Assembly (NCBI GenBank): GCA_039621445.1
Contig: CP154954.1
Span: 37,371,703-37,435,702, forward strand
Length of the DNA: 64,000 bases
Origin: Euglena gracilis
Taxonomy: Eukaryota
Direction of reading: 5' to 3'
A program made the translations under genes and the position numbers. How positions within the stretch are numbered: position 1 is the first letter of the stretch; each line of letters opens with the position of its first letter. Positions 15,401 to 27,400 of this stretch are shown piece after piece. The notes beneath the pieces were generated by a model. The model did not search any database and was not told the origin of the DNA. It saw nothing but the letters and a program-made list of their open reading frames with translations.

Positions 15401-18400
15401 AGGTTCAAAATCTGCAGATCTATGTTGCTGCACCGCCGAAGTTGATGCCCTCCAGAGCGCTGCCCACCCCAAAGGCCTCCTCCAGGCCCTCCCTGGGCGT
15501 CGGTGCAAGCTGTGATTCCCACGCCGTGACCGGTGTGCCTGTGACGGTGGGCCCGCCGGCGGAAGACAACCATTAAACCCCAAATAAACCCCAAGGGAGA
15601 AAGATAAAGAAGAGGGAGGTTGAGGTGTTTTGCAAATTTCTGTCACCGCATTCTTTTGGGTTGATTTGTGGCGGATCTCTTCCTTCTGTCTTTTGGTGCA
15701 TCACACGCATGAAACGACGTGCTGAATGTCAACTTCTAATCCACCCCACTTTTTCACCCCCTTCTCAAAGCTAACACCAGCAAAGCTAACACCAGACCTA
15801 CATCCCTGCGTTGTCCCTCCATTTAAGTGCACGGGGTGCGTACATTATTGGACCGAAGTTTTGGACCCTCAGGGGCGTGACACTTATTTGGACACTGCGC
15901 ACCATTTGGGCACAGTGCACTTTAATGGAGGGTGTAAACTCCCCCCCCCCCAAATATAAAGCTCGCCCAAATAGAAAACCCCCCAGGGATGAGGTTTGCC
16001 ACCCGAAACAAAGCACCCCCCACCAATGCAAATCCCGCCGATCGTGAAATTCAGGAAAAGGAAGAAAAATCTTGGGTGAATGCAACAATTTTTCACCAGA
16101 AATTCTCCAGTTTGGACAAAAGCTGCACATTTTGGGGGAAAATGGGGATACACAACGAAAATTCGTTAAAAATTGGCATTTGATCACAGTTGAAGGCCGC
16201 CACAGTATGTATTGGCCACCGAGAAAAGTTTGATTTCCCCCCCAAATATAAAGCTCCTTCCTGGGGGTGTTGAAAGCCCACCCAAATACAAAGCTGGGGG
16301 TGCTTTCTTTTTAAAACGGGGTTAAACTGCGGGGGCACTTAGAGTTCTGGCATATCACCTCAGGCTGACAGAAGCACAGGATCCACACCTGCCACCCCGG
16401 GCCATGGGCCACCGACCATCACCACCTCCCCCACCCCCTCCAGCACCGCCACCTCCCCCTCCTCCCCGTCGTCCTCCTCCTCCTCAGCCTCGGCCTCCTC
16501 CCTCTCCGCCTCGCCGGGGCCGGGCCTTACCCGGCCCCCCTGCCGCACCCCCGCGCTGTGCGCCGGCAGGGGCGGCCCGTGGCGGCTCGCCGTGAGGTTG
16601 GCCAGGCTGGGCCGGCTCCATCCATCTCTTTAAGCACCCGGGGGTCCCAGTCGTGAAAGCCGAGCCCCACAAGTTGCATTTTGTCACGATAACGGAAAGC
16701 CCACGCTTGTCAGCTTCACGGTGAGAGTTCTGATGGTATGTATGCAGTTGCAATGCAGATCCCATCAAATGGAGGTTCGGTACATCTGACGAAGGCCCTC
16801 AGCCACCATTGGGGGGGTACCCATTTTGCTGTGTCAGCGGGCTAGGGCTAGAAATTTTCCCTAAGCCTGGGGGGAGGGCTGCAAATGTGCAGCCCTGGCT
16901 GTATCTTTGCAGGGCCGGGATGGGCAGGGTGTTAAGGGAGCAGGGAGGGGTGGTGGGACGGGACCCCCTTCTCCCTGAACAAAAATACTTTCGGCACAAA
17001 ATGCGGAAAATTTTGGGGGGAGTTTTTTAAATAAAAGCCCAAAAAAGCGAGGATTTGCACGTTTTTAGAAAAAAGCAGCCAAAATGCCAACAAAAAAAAT
17101 TATCTTCTCAAGCGAAAAAGGTTGGAGATTAGTATCATTGGTTCTGGGGTCCCCGTCTGGACCCTCCTCCGGGGTGTCTTACCTCCCCCCCCCCCGCACA
17201 AAACCAATTCGCTCAATTCGCTTAATACTGCGGCTGGGTCAAATGGGATAACCACCCCCGGGGGGTCTGCAAACCCCTAAAGTGATGCATGGCCGGCTCC
17301 GCACCACGATGACGTCGTCGCAGGCGCCGCTGCCCTGGGGCAGGTGTTTCAGTAAGGTGGAAGGTCTGGACTGCCTTTGTTTGCTCACCACTTGCCCAGG
17401 GTCAGTGGAACTGAAGTCACTGGAAAAGCCTGATGGGTCTAAACAGTAAACCCAAAAAATACGGTCAATGACATGAGTTACAAGGCGGGTGTTGAATCTC
17501 ACTTGCAAAAAAATAATGCAACATGCTACAGAACAAAAAAGATGAAAAAAAACAGAAACAGCAACAGCAAGAGAATCAGAACGACAACGCAAAAAAAAAC
17601 CTCCACGCATGCACACACACACACACACACACACACATCCATACACAAGCACACACACCACTCCCAGCCGTCCCTACCAACGCACTGCTGTCAGCTGCCA
17701 CCCCCACGCTGCCCTCCGTGTCCCTCTGGTGAGCAGCTCCGCCGCCCTCCGCGTCTATGGGTGCGTCCTCTGGCCGCCGCCCCAGTTTGGGCGTCCACTC
17801 CGCCGGCCCCGGCAGGCGTTCCCCCGCCAGCTGGTGGGGCTCTGGGGCGGGAAAAGCCAGCGTGGCAACGATGCGAACCGAGAGAAGGGAACTCCCACAG
17901 ACGCCTGTCAAAATAACTACCTTTGACAGCGTTCAACGTTCCAAGGTTTGTGTGCGAATGAAAATACCCCACTCCCAAACCCCATTCCGGAAGCGGCGTT
18001 TGAGACGGACCTGTAAAGCTGTGGGGAAGGGACATACAACCCTGCGGGCTTCGGGTTGTGGCGGGCCCCCAGCACCAAACAGGGGGACTTAACAGTGGCC
18101 ATTGTCATGGGAAATTTACCTGTTTGATCCTGTCCAGAACCCAAAACCGACCTCGGGGAGTTTGCATCCCCCTCCCCAGGGTGATGAATGCACCCCCCCC
18201 CCCCCCCCCCCGGGAGGTCTGGATCTAGGCGCATTGGGTGCCAGCCCAGGCAGGTGGGATACAGTTGGCGTTGGCAACCCGTTAAAATATAAAATTTATT
18301 CAGCCATATAACACATCCAAAATGCAAATATTTTTCAGAGCAAACCTCAGAAAATAGCCCACAAAGAGATCCCCCAAAAGCAAACTTCACCAAAATTGGA

Positions 18401-21400
18401 AAAAAGGAGGAAAAGCTGCAAAAAAGGGCGGCTGGATGGTAATAGATTTCGCTTTCGGGGGTACAAAGATGGGCCAAAAACGGGCCAAAATGGGTCAAAA
18501 AATGGACGAAAATGGGTCGGAAAAAAGCTGTCCAGGACATTTTGGGGGGTAAAAAAAATGGATTTTTTGAATAGTTGGCAATTTTTTGGACACTTTTTTG
18601 CGATTTCGTTGTTTTTTTTTTGGTTCTCAGTTTGACCCCAGGTCGGGTCCAGCTCCAGCCTGGGACCCTTATGGGGGGAGGGTGGGGGGGGGCGGGGCCA
18701 TCAGCCTTTTTCCAGCCAGCACAATTTTTCCAGCCTCTGAGCTGGACGGGGGGGGTCCTTGAGCAATGCCCTGGTCCGCCCCTTTCTTACCCATTTTTTT
18801 TGAAAATTCCAGAGAATTTTGCAATTACACTTGTTTTCTGCTTTTCTGCTTACACTTGTTTGTGCTTTTCAAGGCTGGGGCTTCTTGAAATGATTGTTTT
18901 ATTTTTTTCCATGGAGGTTACAACAGGGATGGCACCCAGACATCCCAGGATGGAAAAAGGCTGCTGGCTGGAAAAAAGTTGCTGGCTGACTGGACCCCCC
19001 TGGGGCAGGGCAGAATGGGAAGGCCTGGTGGGGGGGGACCCCCCCCCCCCGCCCACCACAGCATTTTCACTGATTTCGGGAAAACGGGGATTTTGGCCGG
19101 AAAATTTTTGAAAATTTTCTTTGAAAAAGAATCCAAAACAAATATTTTTCAGGACAATCAAAAAAAAGAGATCAAAAAGCAAACTTCACCAAAATTGGAA
19201 AAAGGAGGAAAAGCTGCAAAAAAGGGCGGAAAATAGATTTCGCTTCGGATGGGCCAGGGCCAAAATGGGTTGGGGGGGTCGGAAAAAATTTTTGGGGGGG
19301 TAAAAAAAAATGCCGCAGTTGGGTTCGTGGGGGGGGGGGGGCCATCTTTTTCCAGAAAATTCCCCTTGGGGCCCTGGGCTTTTTTTTGAAAATTCCTCAT
19401 TGCTTCTTGTACCTGGGGGCAACAGGGATGGCACCCAGACATCCCAGGATGGAAAAAGGCTGCTGGCTGGACAGTGCCTGGTGCTGCCATTTTGGGGGGA
19501 ATGAAAACCAACCCAAAATACATGGTTTTTTGATGGAAACCACATTTTTTCACAAAAAAACAAAATTTCTTCAGGAGGTCCAAAAATTGTCCAAAAATTC
19601 TTTGCTTTGGGGGGGGGGAACCCACCACCCTGGCTGTTTGGCCGATTCCCGTTCTGCCCTGCCCTGGGGGGTGGGGTCGAAATTTCTTAAACAACGCTGT
19701 GTGGAAAAAAGTGCAAAAAGCTGCGTGGGAAAAAAAAATCGACAAACCACCAGAAAAGGATTTTCGCAGTTTGGAACAGTGCAACGAACTAAGAACCCTC
19801 AAATTGGAAAGTTTGGGTCCTGTTCAATAAAAAGTGCCATGTCTCTTCGTAACGGTGAAGCAAGGAGAGGCACATGTTAGCAGGTGCTGATGGATGACTA
19901 CACTGCTGCAGGGCTCCCCCTGACCCCGTCGCCGAGGCCCCTCAACACAGGTGCGCAAGCACGCACACCGCTCCCAGCCAACACCGCCAACTCTCCGCCC
20001 TCGCCCGGCTGCCACGCTTCCCCCTGGCAGTCGATCCTGCGAGCAACTCCGCCCCCCTCCGCTCCGCCGCTGCCACCACTGCCACCGCTGCCGTCCCTGC
20101 CGCCGCCGCCACTGCCAACACCACCACCACTTCCACCACTGCCGCCACTGCCGCTACTGCTGCCGCCGACACTGCCACCACTGCCACCACTGCCACCACC
20201 ACTGCCCCCCACCCCAGCGCTGCCCCCCAGCTGGTAAACCGGCGGCCGCCCTGCCCCACCGGCTGCCAACCCCGGCACGTCCTGCGCCGCCGGCTGCAAG
20301 GAGAACTGAGGGACGATGACTGTGGTGGGGGTGGGCCAAAAAAATGCGTTCAAATGACTTTGCCCACTCCCTTCACAATGTGAAAAACATGCACACCGTG
20401 AAAAATGATGCGAATTTCTGGGAAATCAGGAGCGTGCAAGCACAAAAAAACACCATTGTTTTGTTGTCCGATAGAAGATTTCAATTTAATAAAACAATTC
20501 GTAAAAATTAGCATTTGCACCAAATTATTTTGGGAAATTGATCCATCAACAGTTTTGTCTGCTGCCTAAATGACTTTTCTGGGGAAGCAAAAAGATCGGT
20601 CAACTAACGTTGCAGAGGGCAAAAGGAGGAGTGTTTGCGAATTGGTGGCTGATGACCCATCCTGCCGGCCCGACGTTTCCCTTGGCAGACAGGCGGAGGG
20701 GTTTGTTGAGGGAGCATGAAGGAGTGCCTGCGTGCTCCAACCACTGCATTCGGATGGCACCGCAGCAACCTCCATGCCAGTCACCCCCCCCCCTGCAGCA
20801 GAAGAGTTCCAGCTCCTCCCTGGGCGTGGCGGGACGCTCAGCCCACGCTGTGCCTGGCACACCTGCGATGGCGGGCCAAACGACAGGTATTGCACTTGGG
20901 TTGCTTGGGCCACCGCTATGCCAAGGAAGGATGGAAGGGTGCTTGCACCTCTCCTACAATGATATGTGGCAGGTGAGCACCCCAGAGTGACGCATGGCCA
21001 CATTTACTGATAGCTTGGGACGGGCCTCTCGATGCCCCTGTTTGACACCCCCAAAGGAGAGAATCGATTGAAATTACAATCAACAAGAGGTACGATGGCA
21101 AGGTCAGCCAACCACATTTTCAACCCCCTTGTGGTTATGCGATCTTGTTTGGGGGTTGAATGTGGTGAGGTAGGACTTGTGTGGGGGGTTTACCCACTAA
21201 AATTATATCCAGGATTTCCCAAAAACTGGGAAAATTTCGCCACTGTTATTTTCTTGCACAACCATTGCAGATGCATTTTTTTTGTACTGAGAGGAATGTT
21301 TTTGACACACTGGTGCTGATCATGCCACCACCACCCAATGCCAGGATGCTCTTTTGTTGGAAACTCGCCCTGTGGGCACCTTTGCTGGGAAAGTTCTGCA

Positions 21401-24400
21401 GCGTTTAGCTTGCCAAAAAAAAAGCATTTTGACAGCATCAACATATTCAGAAATTAAAGAAAAAATGCTTTCTGCCCCCCTCCCCCCCCCCGGGTCCCAC
21501 TCCATCCTGGCACTCAATCAAACAACGAGATGACCCTGGCATTCATGATATTTGCGATGTATTGGAATGCTGCTGTCCGCAATTTGGGGTGAAAATGACA
21601 TGGGGTGAAAATGACATGGAGTGAAAATGACATGGGGTGAAAATGACACAACATTGTTTGTTCGCTTGTTTACACAAAATGTCAATTCTATACTTAATAT
21701 ATCTAAAAAAAATACAGAAAACGTGTTTTCGCAAAATTTCAAGAAAAGGCATTGGCATTGTATTTGTCCCAGCCATCGCCAAAACCCAACTTTTGCACAC
21801 CTCCTCCTTGCTCACCCATGGGTGCCATGCCGCCCTCCATGCCCCTCCACTGAGCAACGTCTTCCTGCTCCGCCCCGTCGCTGCCATAGAGGCTGCCACC
21901 GCCGCCACTCCCCGGCCCCACACCGCCACTGCCGCCACTGCCGCGGCCGCTGCCCCCCACCCCCGGCCGGTGTACCGGCGGCCGCCCCGCCCCGCCCACC
22001 GGTGTGGCCGCCGCCACCACTCCCGGCACACCCCCCGCCGACGACCGCAGGGAGGGCTGGGAAAGGCGGTGGGGGGGGGGGGCGCTGGCGGCCGACCCCT
22101 CCTGGTGTGATGCGGTGGGACACTTCCCGCAGCACCCACCCCTGGAGACACCTGAGGGGTTGCGTGGGGGTCGCTCCCCCACCCACCCCCACCCCCTTCC
22201 CACCTTCGAAGGTTGTCAGCTCCTCCCTGGGCGTCTGTGTCGGCTGCATCTCCCATGGGGTGCCTGGCGTGCCTGCAGTGATGGACGAGCCGCTCAAATT
22301 GGGGCGTGGTGGCGCACGGGGATGCCCAAATGGCCATGGCATACAGCGCAAACATACTGATTGGAGCAAACAATTTTCAACTGGTCACCAGCGGTCACTT
22401 TGGTGGAGGGGACTTAAGCCAGAAACCAGTCAGTTGCACCTCCTGGAGGGGGGGTTGGCCAGCGACCAAATGATTGTATGGATAGCAGACAGAAATGATC
22501 GGAAACCGGCTAATTGTTCTCATTTTTGTGAATTGTTCTGGGCTGTGGCGCAGGACGGCAATTTCAATGACCAGTTGAAAGGTTGGGGACAAGCCGTCTG
22601 TCCCTCCCCCCCTGGCTCTATGGGAGTCCTGGGGCGGGAACTGCGTTTTACCTGGTTACCTGGGGTCGAACCGGTCCGGAAAATTCGAAATTTGACTCAA
22701 AATTTGAGCAAGTTTCCTCATTTCCGGCACAAATTAAAATATGCCAAGGGAGGGGTCGTGAAGCTGCAAAATCTGCTGGCTGGTTGGACTCCGCTCCAGG
22801 GCTCCAGGGCTGGCACTGGACACAGCCCACAACGGCACAGCCACACCTGCCGCGCCGGGCCACAGGCCACCGACCGTCACCGTCTCAACCACACCCTCCA
22901 GTACCGCCACCTCCCCCTCCTCCCCATCGTCCTCCTCCTCCTCGGCCTCGGCCTCCTCCCTCTCCGCCTCGCCGGGGCCGGGCCTTACCCGGCCCCCCTG
23001 CCGCACCCCCGCGCTGTGCGCCGGCAGGGGTGGTCCGTGGCGGCTCGCCGTGAGGTTGGCCAGGCTGGGCCGGCTCCGCACCACGATGACGTCGTCGTCC
23101 GGGGGCACCTCCTCCGGCAGCCGCCCGGACGGCGTGGGCGTCCACTCCGCCGGCCCCGGCGCCCGCTCCCCCGCCGCCCTCCGGGGCCCTGGGGCGGCAA
23201 CGATGCGAACTGCGAGAAAGGCGCCAAGCTTTGTCAGGGCGGTGCCACATCTGCAAGAGGGGTAGCTGTTTGCCTGCTCTCTGGGGGTTACCTCTCCCCT
23301 CCCCCACCGCGGCCAGGCGACAGCTTTTAAACCCTTCGCCGTGACCATTGCACCAATTTTGCGTGTTTTGCGTGTTTTGGTTTCCTTGTTTTGGTCAAAT
23401 TGCGCCTTGTAAAAATCACTTTGTGCGCAGGTCATTTTTGCCCCTATTTTCACATTTTCTGGGTCGTGCACGACCCGTCCAGCGTTGGACAAGGTCGTAT
23501 GTTATCGAATCAGACAAAAGAGGCAGGAGAGAGCGGTGCCCTCAATAAAATGGTAACGGGTGATTGGATCCAAGCAATGTTGTTCGAAAAATGGGAAATG
23601 AACTCTTTTATTTTGTGTTTGAGAAATTACAAAAAACAATTGTCAGAGCAGGTCAGAGAAAATTTTTACAAATTTTTTTTACAAAAGAGAACACAAAAAA
23701 AGGGGGGGAAAGATGCCAAAAGAACAAAAAAAATCCATCAAGGAAGCAATGGACTGGCTGGTGCAGGCGAGGCAAACCGGTTGCGGCAGGAACGGCGGCG
23801 GTGCCAGAGCCGGCCAGCGGCCCAGCAGCCCCAGGGGCGGGCCAAGCGGCGGCCCCTGCTTCGCCGGGATGGGCCGGGCCCTCGGGGTGGGGCACTCCTG
23901 TGAGGCGGGGGGGGGGCACGCCACACGTTGCACGGCAGCCCCAAGTCCCCCGGTGCAGTTGACCCTTCCAAACGTTGCGGATCACCTTTTATCCCCTTGG
24001 GCAGGCGAACTGTCCCAAACAGCAGGGGTCCGAAGAGGCACAATGCCTGAGGACATTGGCCGGAAATGCAAATGTTTCTTCTCGCTTCCTGCGATGACTA
24101 CGCCTGGCATTGGCTACTGAGTTTTACGACTACCATTTAATCTTATTGTGTTGCATACTAAATAAATTATATGTTTGTATATGTATACATATGGCAGGTG
24201 TACCTTTGGATACCCCCCTGGGGGGTATTAAAGTGGGTTGGCCACCACAAATACCCTGGGGCTGGTGAAGATGAAGGGTTGGGGTCAGGCCAGCCTGGGT
24301 TCGGCCGCATGAGCAACACGCATCCTCCCTGGGCCGGGCTGCGTGATTCCCAAAGGCGGTAGATCAACAGGGAAAGCAAGATAAAGACCTCGAACCATAC

Positions 24401-27400
24401 AATTTTTTACCGACCCCCAGGGGGGGGAGGGGGGTCACTCCACTTTTCAAAAAACCAATCAGTCACTTTTTTCGGGAAACCAGTCAGTCACTACCCCCCG
24501 GGGGGGGGGGGGGTCGGCCACTCTGGAATCCAAAGGAAATTTTACCAAAAACATGCAAAAAAGGCCAAAAAAATTTCCGGTGCCTTCGGCGCCAGGTCAC
24601 TTTAGTGGTTTTTTACTGACCCCCCCCCCGGGGGGGAGGGGGTCCGGGCCAAAAACCAGTCACTTTGAAAAAAACCAGTCACCCACCCCCGGGGGGGGGG
24701 GAGGTCGGCCATTGCTTAAGCTGACTTGACTGCCTCGAACAGTCGGCCCCACAAAGGGGCCCCCACTCGGCCCTCCCTTCCTTTGGGAGACAAAAGTGTG
24801 AGTGCCGGGATTTGCGGCAGCGGGCAGCTGGGCCGGCATTTTCGGCCGCACGCAGGCAGGAGGCTAGGGAGTGGGGCCGAACCCACCAGGCCGGCCAGTC
24901 CTTACCCTCGCCCTGCGTCTTCACTAACCCCAGGGTACCCGTGGCCAACCAAGTGTCCACTTCGATACCCCCCAGGGGGGAGGGAGTATCCAAAACTAAT
25001 CTGCGTTTTGAAAAATAAAGGGACCTGAATAACAAGGTGTTGGCGGTTTGGCATGCATATTAAATTTCAGGAAATTGCCACGCTTCGCTGACAAAAAAGT
25101 GGTTTAATTAAAGACTCAAGCCGCTCCTCTCCCCACACACCGCTTCCGGCCAGCGCAGTCCACACTCCGCCCTCACCTGCCTGCGGCACGCCACCCTCCG
25201 CTTCACCCTGAGCAGCTTCACCCCCGTCCGTCCCGTCGCTGTCGTGGATGCTGCCCCCGCCGCCGCCACTGCCACTGCCGCTTCCGCGGCCGCCGCTGCC
25301 CCCCACCCCTGGCCGGTGTACCGGTGGCCGCCCTGCCAGGCCGCCCGCTGGCGGCACTCCAACCGCCCCCGGTACGCCCCCGGCCGCCGTCGCCCACAGA
25401 GAGGGCTGGAGGGTAGTGTTGAACCCCGACGGTGGCGGTCCTCAATGCCTCGCCACCTGGCCAGGCATGCTCTGGCCACGTCAACCCCCGACTGGTGGAA
25501 TGCAGTCATTGGGTGTTTGGGGGCACCGTGCCGCTGTGCTGGTGCAGTGGCAACGGTTGTGCTGTCAGCCCTTTCCCTCCCCTTCCTGCCCCTTGCCTCC
25601 CCGCCTCAGCCACTGACCGTCCAGACTGGTAAAGGAGGCCAGCGGCAATGCACAGGCCGACCAACTCACCACGCAACACCCTACCACGCCCCCTCTGCCG
25701 CCGGCAGATCCCCAGCCTCTCCCTGGGCGTTGGTGCATCCGTCGCTCTCGATGCCCCACCCAGCGCACCTGCAAATGGAGCGGAAGTGAAACCGGCTCAA
25801 GTAGACTTGGAATCGCCAACGGAAAGCGTGAAGCGGGTGACAAAGCGGGGCTGAGTTTGTGCGTCTGATTCCAAAGTCTAATGAATGAAATGTCAGAAGT
25901 GGGCCGGAGGGAACCAGCAGCCCAGGGCCGGTGTGGGCGGCGAACACACCTTCGCCCTCCCACGGCTGCGGCACTCCGCCGCGGGGGTCGCCCCACTGCC
26001 CAGGTAGGCCTCCCTCCGCTCCGGCGCCGCCGTTGTCGGCGCTGCCGCTGCCGCCGCTGCCACCGCCCGGCGCCAAACCACCCCCGCCGCCGGGGCTGCC
26101 CCCGGGGCCGCCCACCGCTGGCCGAGGCACCGGTGGTCGCCCTGCTCCGCCAGCCACTGGTGCTGCGGCCGCTCTTGGAACCCCCGCCGCTGACGGCAGA
26201 GAGGGCTGTGGCGGGGGGGGGGGGGGCTGACATCTTCCCAAGGCAAAACTCCTTCCCCACAGCTGGCGCCACCGGCTTCTCCCTGGCCGCCGACACATCT
26301 GGCATCCTCCCGGCTGTGCCTGGCTCACCTGTGATGGGGGGCAAGAACTTCTGGCAAAAGTACCACCGATTACGCAATCGCCCCCCCCCCCAACGGGAGC
26401 ATGGGCTAATTTTCCTGGGGGGATCACAGGGGAGAGGGTCCCACCCGCCCACCCGCCCACCATCCACTCCCCTCTGGGTCATCAACCCATGCCAAACCTG
26501 ACGTGGAAAACAAACGATTTGAGATGTTCACCTGTCATGTCAAATGCCTGATGTTTGTTGAGGAATTGCGCTAAAGGACAGATTTTTTGGGGACGTGCGA
26601 TTTTGGGCTGATCACAAAAATACCCTTCAGTGTACTATTGTCTCAATGACCTCGGGAGCCGACGATTCCTCAATGGGCTCCAGGACCCATTTTGGGGGTC
26701 TTTTTTAGGCCCAAAATAATGTTTCAGTGCTCTGTGTCGAAAAAAATGGAGGAAACCCCTCCACACAAGGGAACCCAGCCCGACCCTTCAGAGGTGTGGG
26801 GGGGGGGGTCACACTGGGTTCGAACCAGGTGTTTGTTAGAGAAATAACTTCCTGGAAGCATGGGTTCAGTTGTGGTCACGAGCAAAGCATGAAAGGAAAC
26901 CACCTCAACTAAGCAGTATTCGCTGCCACGCGGCACAAAAAGCATTAACCCCCCCAAATAACCTGGCGGGGTCCTTGCTCCTGGCGGGGACTGAATAACC
27001 TGGCGGGGGGAGGGGCAAAAAAGATGGTTCCAGTAACTTGGCACCCCCCCTTTTAGGCAAAATTCCTTTACGGCGCTGAAAAAAAGGCCCAAATAACCTG
27101 GCGGGGGGGGGGGGGGCAGGGCAAAAAGTGGCTTCCAAAAACCTGGCACCCCGCCAGGTTGTTTGGGGGGGGGGTTACGAAGTCCTCTGGACCACACAAA
27201 ATTAAGGGACACAAAAGTTTATCTCAAATCTTCAAATGGCAAACACGTCAAGCAATGGTTTTGAGACATGCCCTATAGCGCAACTCTCTAGGCAGCTGGG
27301 AAATATGAGTCCCCTACAACACAAGTTCCACAGAGAATATGGAGGGAAGTCAAACACCAGCCTTAAACTATGAGGTCCCCCAGTCCTTGAAAGTGAATGA

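Noticed and set aside
21621-23330. 569-aa plus-strand ORF and similar long plus-strand ORFs (e.g. 1678-2790)
   Set aside because: Antisense shadows of GC-rich minus-strand exons plus intron sequence; splice signals support only the minus strand.
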